Source: an uncultured Armatimonadia bacterium
Lineage (GTDB): Bacteria > Armatimonadota > Zipacnadia > CAVVLO01
Assembly: GCA_963749155.1 (NCBI GenBank)
Contig: CAVVLO010000001.1
Span: forward strand, 704,001 to 768,000
Reading direction: 5' to 3'
Length of the DNA: 64,000 bases
Shown here one piece after another: positions 29,979 to 42,875 of the stretch (positions are counted from its first letter, which is position 1; every line of letters starts with the position of its first letter). A model generated the notes under the pieces. The model did not search any database, had not been told where the DNA came from, and saw nothing but the letters and a program-made list of their open reading frames with translations. Position numbers and translations under genes: made by a program.

Positions 29979-31020
29979 CTATCTCGGCGCAAGCTCCTCG
30001 AATAACTCCAGGTAATAGACCAGATGCTCGAGGGGGATGTTCGCGGGCAGATGGTTACCGGTGGCAAATACAAAGCCTGGGCAGTCTTTACAGAGGTTGA
30101 AAACTTCCTCCATCTCTTTTTTGATGTCCTCTTTGGTGCCGAAAGTCATCGTCCGACAATCAGCGCCCGCCCATGATGACATGCGTCTTGCCATAGCCCT
30201 CGACCAGTCTTTCAAGATCGTTGGTCGGCTCGAAGCAGAAACCATGGGCTCCAGCGTCTGCCAGATCCTCGTAGAACATATCGAAGGTGCCATCCGAGGT
30301 GAAGAGCACCTTCTTGCCGGCCTCTCTTAGCACGTCCCAGAGCTGCTTGTAGCGCGGAAAGATATAGGTCCGGTAGAAGTCGGGACTGATGAAGGGCCCT
30401 TCTGTCCAGACCATATCGTCATGGCACATGAAGAACTCTATAGACGTCTTTGACCAGGCCCGATAGTGATGCAAAGATTGCTGGAAGATACCTTCCAGCA
30501 CCTGCTCCCCAAAGCGCTGGGGATCCTCTCCTGCGGCCAGTAGCAGCATGTCCCAGCCGAAGGCCGCGATGGCGCCCGAGACCAGTGTCTGATAGTACCC
30601 GCCCGAGATGACCTGGTTGCAGCCTGCCTGACTCTGCTTGAACCAGTTCTCGTAATAATCTACAAGCTTGGTAAAGTCGGTCAGGCCATATTCCTGGACG
30701 GCATCGAAGGACAGGACGTCTTCAGCTTCTTGAAAAGGACTAGGCTGCGGCTTGCGGTAGTCTGTACCGCCCTCGACATAGACCGCGTGGCCCATATCAG
30801 TGACCCGCCCCCGTGTCCCCCAGGGCTCAGGGCCATCGTTTACAGTCCACTGGTAATCGAGATCAAGCAAGTCATTAAACTCTTGCCAGGCTGAGGGCTC
30901 CTTCAGGGGATCCTTGCCAGTGATGTAACGGACGAACTCCCAGTGATCGTTGTACTCAGTATGAGCGACCCTCTCGGTCATCTGAAGATTCAAGGCTTTA
31001 CGGCCAATCTCGTAGCTCAT
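29979..31020 (-). CDS. Uroporphyrinogen decarboxylase family protein; frameshift near 30165
   Basis: CHDDMVW, PDFYRTYIFPRYK, LFTSDG, GTKEDIKKE, GNHLPANIP. Confidence 0.78.
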
Positions 31021-31029
31021 AGGCTAGCT

Positions 31030-32041
31030 TTACTCCTCTGTCAGTGGCTTGCGTATCGTAAAGGCCTTGGCGACGTTCTCGCGTAGCAATCTGTGGACGG
31101 CTGCTTCGTCTGCGCCCGCTGCGACAAGTGCCGGGACAAACTCTCGTGGCAGCCAGTCGAAAGGCGCCTGCTGGCCGCCGCGCTCCTGCTCCGACATTGT
31201 ACCAGCCGGCGTCCTGGCTAATCAGCAACTGGTCGGGCCAGCGCTCCAGTGCCTGCAGCACCAGGGGTAGCTTCGCCTCGGCGCTCTCCTTACGAAGGCC
31301 ATCGAAGGACAGCCAGGCCCCTCGCCTTGCAGCTTCTGCCCAAATATCAGGCTGCGGATCAGCATCGGCGTGCACCCAGATGAAGCGCGAGGCCGGGACT
31401 CCCTCCGCAGCCAGCACGTCCAGCACTTCCAGCGCGACCGAGGCCGTCGTCGTGTGGGAGGTGATGACAAGGCCCGTCGCCTTCGAGGTAAGCGCAGCTG
31501 CGCGCACAATCTTCCGCTGGATTGGCGTCAGTTCGTTTTCGCTTGCGGCAATCTTGATAAACCCAGGCTTGATGCCCGAAGGCTCAATACCCTCTCTGGC
31601 TTCGCGGATCCACCCCTCGGCAATCTGCTCGGCAGTGGCCTCCTCAGCCCAGGCGGGCAGGAAGGGCGCCTTGTACCAGCCGGTGTTAGTGATGAGCTTG
31701 ACGCCGCTAGCCTTCGAGAGTCGTTTCAGCAGTGCTGGATCGCGTCCAAGCCATTCAGGTGTGCACTCGAACAGCGCTTCGATGCCGGCAGACTTCAACT
31801 CGACCAGATAGGGCAGCATCACCTCGAAGACCTCATCTGCATCGTACCGGTCAGGTGAGACCTGGTCCGCGCCGACGAAGTCCACCAGCACGTGTTCGTG
31901 TTCGAGCGCAGGCCCTAGTTGCTCAGGCTTGATAGTGCCAGTCACGGTCTGGATTTTACCAACTGCTGTTTCAGATTTATCTTTGTCGCCGTTGCCAGCC
32001 AACAGGCCTGCAAGCAACAGGCCAAGCAAGAGGCTCTTCAC
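31030..32041 (-). CDS. Phosphotriesterase/aryldialkylphosphatase-like amidohydrolase; frameshift near 31185
   Basis: IQTVTGTI, LEHEHVLVDF, GFIKIA, LLISQDAGWY; shifted tail LLRENVAKAF. Confidence 0.85.
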
Positions 32042-32054
32042 GAGATATTCCCCC

Positions 32055-33101
32055 TTACTGGATGGGCAGCAGCTCGATGGCGCTTACCCAGAGGGTCGCC
32101 TGGAACCTGTCAGCCACCGCCGGTGTGCCGTGCATTCCAGTCGAAAGCTGAGACACCTGGGTTAAGTCGAGTTGGCTGTTCTCATCCTGAGTCCAGCCGC
32201 CCAGTTTGAAGTCGCTGAAGGGCACTGTTACAGTGTTCCAATCCGCCAGGATGGTCGGCGCCGACTCGGCCATATACTGGCTGCCGTCCGACTCTGCCAG
32301 CATCAGCAGTGTTGTCATCCCGGGAGGGGTATTGCCCTTCCAGGTGACGCGCAGAGCCCCGTAGCCCTCCCATTCAAGCTCCGGAAGCCGCAAAGCGGGG
32401 ATGGCGAACATATGGCGCCCGCCAGGCACGTCGAAGTCGAACCGCATACACTCTGTCCCACCTGGCCCCTCTGGTACGATGGCGAGAGTCTGCTCGACTG
32501 CCGCGTCGGCGCCCACCGTCCACAAGCTCTGGTCAGTGACAGTGATGGCAAGCGGTTGGTCAGGCACGCGCACCTCGCTCGTGAAGTGGGGCTCTGCAAG
32601 GCGCAATTCCGCTTTGCCAACGCCATCGAGGGCGACGCCCACCCAGACTCTGGTTACCTTCTCGAGCCGCAACTCGCCCACGTCGGGATTGAATCCTGCC
32701 GGCGCGAAGAACGCTAGCGGGAAGCGCACTGTAACGAGCCCAGCAGCAGGAAGGGGATCTTTGACGAGTTTCTTCCAGGCATGGCCAGCGCCATCGAAGA
32801 GTATGCAGACTGCCCTGGCTTCCATCCCTTCGGCCACCTTGGCAGAAGCGCGCAGTTCAAAGGCTTTGATGCTTGAAGAAAGCTGTGCAACCGGCATCTC
32901 GATGGCTGCAAGCTGGCGGTAATCTTCAGTTTTATCAAGCGTCCAGAGCACCTCTGGCAGGCCTTGAGCGCCCGCTTTGGCGGAGAAGTCAAGGGTCTCG
33001 CTAGCGGCAGGCCCAACCGGCCGAACGCCCGAGATAGCTTGCGAAAAGGCAAGTGAGGCTGCAAGCAGCAGTGTCAGCGAGCAAACCAGTAGTCTGGCCA
33101 T
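32055..33101 (-). CDS. Secreted protein with carbohydrate-binding-like (CBM11/CIA30-like) domains
   Basis: Signal peptide; WNTVTVPFSDF...DENSQLDLTQV...LWVSAIEL. Confidence 0.55.
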   Translation of the reverse strand: MARLLVCSLTLLLAASLAFSQAISGVRPVGPAASETLDFSAKAGAQGLPEVLWTLDKTEDYRQLAAIEMPVAQLSSSIKAFELRASAKVAEGMEARAVCILFDGAGHAWKKLVKDPLPAAGLVTVRFPLAFFAPAGFNPDVGELRLEKVTRVWVGVALDGVGKAELRLAEPHFTSEVRVPDQPLAITVTDQSLWTVGADAAVEQTLAIVPEGPGGTECMRFDFDVPGGRHMFAIPALRLPELEWEGYGALRVTWKGNTPPGMTTLLMLAESDGSQYMAESAPTILADWNTVTVPFSDFKLGGWTQDENSQLDLTQVSQLSTGMHGTPAVADRFQATLWVSAIELLPIQ

Positions 33102-33114
33102 TTTTTTCCTCCTG

Positions 33115-35834
33115 TTAGTTGGCAGCCGTATTGCTGAGGTTTATATCATCCACATAGAAGGTGGTTTCATATTCGGCAGAGCTTGAAAAACCAAGCCAGG
33201 TCAGTCCCGTCCAGTCGGCGCTGCCCCAGGGCAGATTGGTGAAGGTAGCCTCGCCCTGGCCAGGCGCCTCGAGACGAAGCTCCCACGTGCCGTTGCCGTC
33301 TTCGCCTATACCGCTGACCATCTCGAGGTGGAACCATTGCCCCGCTGGCGCTGGCACTGATTGCCCTGCGAAATGGATTGCTCCATCATGCACGGCGACG
33401 GTCGGGCCAACCCGATAAGGCGAATGGTTGTCACGCCATTCGATATACATATTGGAGTTGGCCGAGAGGTTAAGGTTACACGCAAAAGTCGCATAGCCCG
33501 ACTGATAACCAGGCTCATAATAGAGATGCGGATTGAAGCCAAACTGCAGGTCTGGAGAATCTTGTATCTTCAACGAATTGGTGCCACTTGCCGCCGTGTC
33601 GGCACTAACCCCGACGAGGTGATTCTTGTCTTCGGTAAAGACGCGCATTGAAGGCGGGTGAGCGCCAATTGGCAAGGCTTCGAAATCTTCCTCCACCTGG
33701 AGAGGTGGCGGCGGTGGCGGAGGCGGTGCGAATTCGACCGGCGGGTATTCCCAGTCGGCGGCCAAGGCCTTCCAGGCGTCATCGCCATAGACGCCCGCCT
33801 GCATATAATCGAAGGGCTTGAAGCCCATAGCAAGCGCCGGAGAACCAGGCTGCAGATGGAAGTCATAGTTATCCGGATCCACAAAACGCGGGTCCGCAAC
33901 CCGGCTGCCCTTATCCTTGCCCAGGGCCATCCAGGCGTCGAAGTCCAAATCGTGGAAGGTCACAGGATTGCCCGAGGCGTCCCAGTAAAGGTTCTCTTTC
34001 AGCTCCACCGGGCCGTCCTTCCAGTTGCCAGTGAAAAGCCCGCTCTCCTTCCAGTAGACGATATTGTGCTCGAAGGTGAAGGACAGATGATCTTCGACGC
34101 GAGAGCGTTGCAGTTGGCCGTCCATACTGAAGGCCAGGATATTGTTGCGGATGATGTTGTTCTCGCCGTAATGCTGGTGGTACCCGCCGGTCTTGGTGTT
34201 GTAGACGAGGTTGTTCTCCAGCACGATACCTGTCGAGCCTTCATCATTGTAAAGGCCCCAACCGCCGCGCCCATACAGGTCGTAGCTGTAGACGTCATGG
34301 ATGCGGTTGTTTGAGACCGTGGTGCCCGGCGAGATGCCCAGGCTGTATACCCCGCCCATATCCGAGAGCATCCCCTGGCCGATATGGTGGATATGGTTGA
34401 AGTCGATAGTGTTGTGGTTGGCAGAAGTGGGCGCGTAGCCCCAGCTCCAGCCGACCGAGATGCCCGTGTAGAAGAGGTCGGAGATGTCGTTATGGGTGAC
34501 CTGATTGTAGGAGGTGCGCCCAAGCCAGACCCCGATGCAGCCGTGGTGCATCCGCCCGCCCGAGCGGATTATGTTGTTATCCACGGTTATGTGGCTGGTT
34601 TCGGCGTTGGGCGAACGACTCTCGGTCTCGCCAATCCTCACGCCACCGGCTCCCATATCCTGCATAAGCGAACGTGTGATAGAGCAATACTTGGCTCCCT
34701 CACGGAACCAGATAGCCCAACTACCGATATTGGTTATCTCGCAGGCCGTAAAATTGATGTTGGCGGCGCCATCCAGCGTAATCACAGCCGGGATAGTGAC
34801 TTCAGCCTGGCCATCGGCGTGGCCCTCGGGAGGTAGCACCCACTGGCCATTGCGAAAAGCGAGTCCTTCGAAATTGATATGCGCAACTGGGATACCGGCT
34901 TCCAGGTCGCCTCTGAACGAGAGGAAGCTTTCGGTGACAGGCGCAACGACCTCGGCAGTGGCTGGGTCCTCTCCCTCGCGCGGCAGGTAGAAGATCTGCC
35001 CGCTGTCCTTGTCCAGGCACCATTCGCCTGGCATATCGAGAAACTCTACGCGCCTTCGAGGTGATAGCGCTGGGCTCTACCCTGCCACCAGACCGGCCAG
35101 GGCATATTGCTGCCCAGGTAAACGATTCTGCGCTCTGGATCATAACCAGCGACGTGATGACGCGAGGTTTCCCAGGAATGGTACATCACGGCTTCGAGCT
35201 GGGTCGGGTCGAGGTTGGTCGGAAATTCTCCTTCAATCGGCACGAAGGCAGAGTTGGTAAGCTGCACTGGCGCGCCGGTCTTGAGGTCAGGGCCCCATTC
35301 GACCTTGTCGGCAGTGTGGAAATAGAACTTGTTGGGTGTGCGGGCGCGAGTGGCGCGTTTACCGCTCACCCAAAGCTGCTCGAAGTTCCACTCGCCGCTT
35401 GCGACTTCGGGCGCGCGCGCGACCCAGCGGCCTTCAGAATCCACCCGGAAGCCAGTGATGTGCCGTCCCCCGGTGAAGACCGGCCTGGCTCCTTCGGCAG
35501 CCTTGAAGGTTATTGGCGCTTTGGTGGTACCGCCGTCCTCGGGCAGGAAGGTAACTGGCTCGGTGAGGAAGTATTCTCCCTCGGCGATCACGACCTCAAC
35601 AGGCTCGGTAAGGGGACTGCGCTCTTTCAGAGCGCGCAGTCGGTCACGCGCGCCGGCCAGCGAGGCCAGCGGTCCGTCCTTACCTGCGGCGTTGGGCTGT
35701 TCCAGCGTCCCCGACCAGGCGTCATCGCCCTGGGGACTGACATAAAGGGTCATCGCGGAGGCCTCCAGGGCCGCCAGAACTAGCCAGGCGGTCATAAGAA
35801 AAAGCGTCAGGCAGATAAAACTTCTCATCAGCAC
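33115..35834 (-). CDS. Secreted right-handed beta-helix glycan-active protein (GH141-like); frameshift near 35045
   Basis: [13 protein letters not shown]...[45 protein letters not shown]. Confidence 0.8.
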
Positions 35835-35919
35835 CCTCCTTGTAGCGAGTGTAGCTAGCAGTTCGCCACAGCAGGCGGCTATCCTGCGTTATACTTATAA
35901 AGGTAAGGAGACTGGCCGA

Positions 35920-37309
35920 ATGCGAGTACCAACAATCCGGATACGGCAAAGCGGCACGCTTCCTCTGGCAAGCGGCGAGTATGTCCTTTACTGGATGCGC
36001 GCCTTTCACAGGCCGCGCTCAAATTTCGCGCTGCAGCGGGCAGTCGAGGTGGCAACCGAGCTTCGCTTGCCGCTGGTGGTGCTAGAAAGCGTCGGTTATG
36101 ACATCGGATGGCCGACCGAGAGGCGCTTCGCCTTCAGTGCCCAAGGACTGGCTGCCAACGCCGCTTACTTCTCTGGCAAGCCCCTCACTCACTATCCCTA
36201 TGTCGAGCGGGCCCCTGGCCAGGCGGTCGAACTGGCAGAGCTGCTTGCGCGAGACGCTGCAAAGGTCGTTGTGGACGATCATCCCGACACCGATGGCCCC
36301 CCGCCTTGCGCCTGCGAACTGGTGGACTCGAACGGCTTGCTACCGCTTGCGGCGACTCCTCAGGCTTACCCGACGGCCTATCTTTTCCGGCGGTTTCTGC
36401 AGAACAACCTGGCCGACCACCTGCTGGACTGGCCCGAGGAGGAACCTCTGAGGGAGGCAGAGCTGCCCCGACTGGCTTCGCTGCCGGAGGGAATCACTCA
36501 GCGTTTTCCCCTGGGGACCGAGGTGGACCTGACGGAATTGCCCCTCGACCATCGCCCGTTGCCAGTCTTCAAGCGCGGGGGTTACCAGGTTGCGTCGGAG
36601 GTGCTGCAGGACTTCCTGTTTACGCGGTTGGACTCCTACGAGCGCGACCACAACCACCCGGACCTTGACGCCACCAGCGGCCTGTCGCCCTACCTGGCGC
36701 GCGGCCACCTCGGCGCGCACGAGGTGCTGGCGGCGATTGCACCGCTCGAAGGCTGGTCTCCGAAGGGGCTGCCGCTGACGGGCAAGGGCGCCAAGGCAGG
36801 CTGGTGGGGGATGACCTCCTCCGCGGAAGCTTTTCTGGACGAGCTGGTCACCTGGCGCGAGCTTGGCTTGAATGCTGCCTTCCACTCGAAGGAATATATG
36901 GAGTATCCCGCGTTGCCGCACTGGGCACGAGCTACGCTAGAAATACACGAAGAGGATGAAAGAACATACTTGTATGATATGTATGATTTGCAGGATGCCG
37001 CTACGCACGATGAATTATGGAACGCCGCGCAGCGCCAACTAGTGACCGAGGGGCGAATGCATAACTACCTCAGGATGCTCTGGGGCAAGAAGATACTGGA
37101 GTGGAGCCCCACGGCCGACGAGGCGCACCGGGTGATGATCGCCCTCAACAACCGCTGGGCCCTCGATGGCTGCGATCCCAACAGCTATTCGGGCATCGGG
37201 TGGGTGCTGGGGCTTTATGACCGCCCCTGGCCTGAACGGGCTATCTACGGCCAGGTGCGGTATATGAGCAGCGCCAACACGCTGCGCAAGTTGCGCTGTA
37301 GAGAGTATC

Positions 37310-37329
<20 letters not shown>
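35920..37329 (+). CDS. phrB: Deoxyribodipyrimidine photolyase, class II
   Basis: YVLYWM, SGLSPYL, THDELWNAAQ, MHNYLRMLWGKKILEW, DGCDPNSY. Confidence 0.92.
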
Positions 37330-39339
<2,010 letters not shown>

Positions 39340-39359
<20 letters not shown>

Positions 39360-39643
39360 AGTGGCCTCCTGCGCGCTTGCGTTTGGCTGACCAGGTCATC
39401 AGCATGAATATAATCCCTGTGACCGCAAGAAAGACCAGAGCCAGAGCTACCAGGGCGCCAAACCACTCGCCGATAGCCTCCCAGCTGTGCAGGTCGAAGA
39501 GACGCTTGGCGCTGTCTTCCATTGCTTCGCTCCGGACATCTCGCCAAGTTGTAGAAATAGAACAGCGCTATCAGCCCTGTAATCAGCAGGAAGGGACTGA
39601 GTATCAGGCCGACCCACATATGAAGTTTCCTCAGTTTGGCCAT
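39340..39643 (-). CDS. Small PepSY-associated TM-helix membrane protein (frameshifted)
   Basis: [20 protein letters not shown] and LFDLHSW...LAVTGI motifs. Confidence 0.6.
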
Positions 39644-39655
39644 CTGCAACTCCTC

Positions 39656-40207
39656 TTACCAGTGGTTGTGGTGGACAATCTCTTCAAGCGGAAGGCGCGG
39701 TGGCCGAGTGACCTCAGCCTCTTTCTGCCAGTCGCTGAGCGCTGGGTCGATGGTGGTTGAGTGAACGCCACAGTTGACGATGGTGATAAGGTGTTCCTCT
39801 TCGGGGATGCCCAGCACCTCTTTTATCTTGCCCGAATCGAAGCCGGCAATCGGATGGGCGACCAGTCCAAGTTCGGTGGCCTGGAGCAACATAAAGCCAA
39901 CGGCCATCCCTACATCGAAGAGATGATATTCGCGCTCTTTGACCACGCAGTCGCGCTCGAGCTGGCTGCAGACTGCGATGATGAGCGAGGCCTTGAATAC
40001 CCACTCATTGCCCTTATTTAGCGCTGGTCGTAAAGCTTCAAGCTGCTTCGGGTCGTAGACGAACACGAAACGCCAGGGCTGCTTGTTGAAGCAACTGCAA
40101 GTTAGCTGGGCGGCGGTACCGAGTTTCTCGATGACCTCGGGCGTTATCTCTGCCGGATCCAGAGAGCGATAGGCTCTCCGTAGCTGGATAGCCTGACTGA
40201 CATCCAT
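39656..40207 (-). CDS. Nitroreductase family protein
   Basis: RRAYRS, SCFNKQPWRF, LQATELGLVAHPIAGFD. Confidence 0.9.
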   Translation of the reverse strand: MDVSQAIQLRRAYRSLDPAEITPEVIEKLGTAAQLTCSCFNKQPWRFVFVYDPKQLEALRPALNKGNEWVFKASLIIAVCSQLERDCVVKEREYHLFDVGMAVGFMLLQATELGLVAHPIAGFDSGKIKEVLGIPEEEHLITIVNCGVHSTTIDPALSDWQKEAEVTRPPRLPLEEIVHHNHW

Positions 40208-40219
40208 TGTCTCATCCTC

Positions 40220-41077
40220 CTAACCCGTTTTCGGCGTAGCCGCCTCGATGAGTTTGGCAACGCGAGCGAGGCGCTCCTCGCGTGACAGCTTGTCGCGCAC
40301 GGGATTTGAATCTCCGAGCAAGGCTTTGTGGAAGGGTTCCTCCTTTGCCTGGTAGAGCAGCCCAACGGGCCAGGGGTCTTTCTCCCGGGCGACCTGCAGG
40401 GCGGTCTCGAGGTCAGAGGCTGGAGCCCCCTGTTCGAAAGTCTTTTCATTATATAAATCGTAGGTGTTGTTGAAGGTGACGCAGGGCTGCAGCACCTCGA
40501 TAAAGGCGAAGCCTGAATGGCGAACACCTCCCACGATTAACTCAATCAGGTCGGGGATCTTGCCCGAGTAGCCGCGAGCTACATAGGTCGCGCCGGCCTC
40601 GAGTAGCAAGGCAAGTGAATTGAAAGGCTTCTCCGGCGAGCCGTGGGGAGTGGAACGGCCTCGGAAACCTTTGGCGCTGGTGGGGGTGAACTGGCCCGTG
40701 GTGAGGCCATAGACTCCATTGTTGTGCATTATGACGGTGATGTCGGCGTTGCGCTTGGCGGCGAACATCACATGAGCGAAGCCTTCGCCCATGCAGTCAC
40801 CATCACCGACAAAACTCAACACTTTGAGATCGGGATTGGCAAGCTTCATCCCCTGGGCGTTGGCCAGTGACCTGCCGTGCAAGCCGTAGACACCCGAGAG
40901 GCCCAGATAGTCGAAGATCTTGGCGTGGCAACCGATGCCGGCGGTGATAACCAGGTCGCTGCGCGGTGTACCCAGCTCTTCAAGCCGGCCAACAGCTTTC
41001 TGGACAGCGTTCAAGATGCCGAAATTGCCGCACCCTTTGCACCAGGTATTTTCCGCATAGGTCTTGAGATCGGCCAT
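40220..41077 (-). CDS. 2-oxoacid:ferredoxin oxidoreductase beta subunit
   Basis: TWCKGCGNFG, GIGCH, GDGD, NNGVYGLTTGQ, LQPCVTFN. Confidence 0.93.
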   Translation of the reverse strand: MADLKTYAENTWCKGCGNFGILNAVQKAVGRLEELGTPRSDLVITAGIGCHAKIFDYLGLSGVYGLHGRSLANAQGMKLANPDLKVLSFVGDGDCMGEGFAHVMFAAKRNADITVIMHNNGVYGLTTGQFTPTSAKGFRGRSTPHGSPEKPFNSLALLLEAGATYVARGYSGKIPDLIELIVGGVRHSGFAFIEVLQPCVTFNNTYDLYNEKTFEQGAPASDLETALQVAREKDPWPVGLLYQAKEEPFHKALLGDSNPVRDKLSREERLARVAKLIEAATPKTG

Positions 41078-42736
41078 CTAGAGCACCTCCCGCAGTTGCT
41101 GGGCGAGTTCGGTTGGCTCGAAAGGTCTTCCGTCATAGCGTTTGATTACGTGGTCTGCCTTGAGGCTGGCTTTCTCGGCAAGCAGCCGGGCGAACTGGCC
41201 TGAGGCGGATTGCTCAACAACGATTAGAGGTTGGCCGGCAAAACGCGCTAGCTCCCAGAGGGGCAGGGGCCGCAGGTATATCGGCTGGACAATCTGCACT
41301 TTCAGTCCTGTCAGCGCCACAGCCTCGCGCACGGCCAGGGTGGTCGAGCCATACGTAAATATGACAGGCCCTTCCTCACCGAAGACGTTGACTGTTTGGC
41401 GCTGCTTCAAGGCAGACTCCAGCGTGGCAGCTTTACGCAAGCGCTTGTCGTGCATCTGAACCAGGTCAGCGGCCGCCTCGGTTGTGATACCAAGCTCATC
41501 GTGCTCGTAGCTATTGTGGTTGATTAGCTCATCCGAAGGCGGGAAGGCCATCGGCGAGACAGCAGATTCGGTGTCAAGATAGCGCTTGTATTGGCCCTGG
41601 CCATCCCAGAGGGCCGGCTCGGCCCAGGGGCAGGCTGTCGGGATCGAGGCTGGTGGTCATCAGGCTCTCGCCCAGATGCTTCTCGGTGAGGAGGATGGCC
41701 ACCACCTGATAGCGCCAGGCCAGGTCAAGCAGGTCGGCTGAGAGAGTAAAGGCTTCCTCGAGGCTGCCGGGTGAGGCCACCACTCGTGGAAATTCACCGT
41801 GCCCCTGATGGAGAGCGAACTCCAGATCGCCTTGCTCTGTGTAGGTCGGAACCCCTGTGGCTGGGCCTGGGCGGGAGGAGAGGATAGCCAGCAGAGGCGT
41901 CTCCATCATCCCCGCAAGAGACAAGGTCTCTTCCATCAGGCAAAGCCGCCCCCACTTGAAGCCACCGCAGAGCGAGCGCCCATCGCGGCGGCGCCGACGG
42001 CCAGATTGGCGACGGAGATCTCGTTTTCTGGATGCATAACCACAAGGCCCAGGTCCCGGTCGTGGGCTGCCAGGTAATGCAGGATAGATGAACTTGGGGT
42101 CATCGGATAGGAGAAATAGCAGTCGAGTCCTGCTGATGCGGCGCCTAAGGCGATTGCCTCGTTGCCTGTAAGCAGCGCGCCCTGGGCGTTGCCTTCAGAG
42201 AGGGGGAATCTCCCTCCGAAGGCCTGTTGGGCAAGAGTGAAGAGGCCTTTTGCGAAGGCCAGGTTGTTCTCCACATCGCGCGCATATTCGGCGTGGATCA
42301 TTTCCTCGAGGCCAGCTTCGTCCATCCCGACCGCCGCAGCCAGTGCCACGACCGCGCCAAGACCCCGGCGCAGTTCAGCGTTGGGATACTTTTTGGCCTC
42401 GGAGCTGATTGGCAGGCCAATCCCGGCGCCTTCGGGCACCTCATCAGAGTTACGCACCAGCAGGCAGTCTGGACAGAAGTGGTCGATATGGGCGTCATAG
42501 CTGCGTTTATCGAGGACAACAGCGATTTGGGCGGTAAGGTAATGGCTGTACAAAGGTTCGGTCGAAGAGCTGACCACGGTGAAGTTGTGACCACCCCGGA
42601 TAAGACTTGGGTAGTCGTCATACTCGAAGACATAGCGACCAAGCTGGGCAAAAAGGCGCGCTGCCGCAGTGCCAGCCTGTTTCACGCCTTCTCCCGCCTT
42701 GCCTCCGACTAAAAAGGTGAAGAGGTCTCGTGCCAT
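41078..42736 (-). CDS. 2-oxoacid:ferredoxin oxidoreductase alpha subunit (two frameshifts)
   Basis: GGKAGEG, YPSLIRGGHN, GNEAIALGA, YPMTPSS, RPGPATGVPT, NSYEHDE. Confidence 0.92.
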
Positions 42737-42875
42737 AGGCCCTCCTTTGCGGGTTCGGAAGGCAGATATGGAACCCGACCTTTCTATTTTACACCAGATT
42801 TGCTTTTTGTTTTTCGGAAAGAGAGAGGCAAAAAGTGGCGAAACAAGACTCAGTTACACTTGGGAGGCCATCAGG

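Noticed and set aside
18443..31020. Calling the URO-D family genes hemE
   Set aside because: They lack the HemE N-terminal PVWxMRQAGR motif and have no haem-pathway context.
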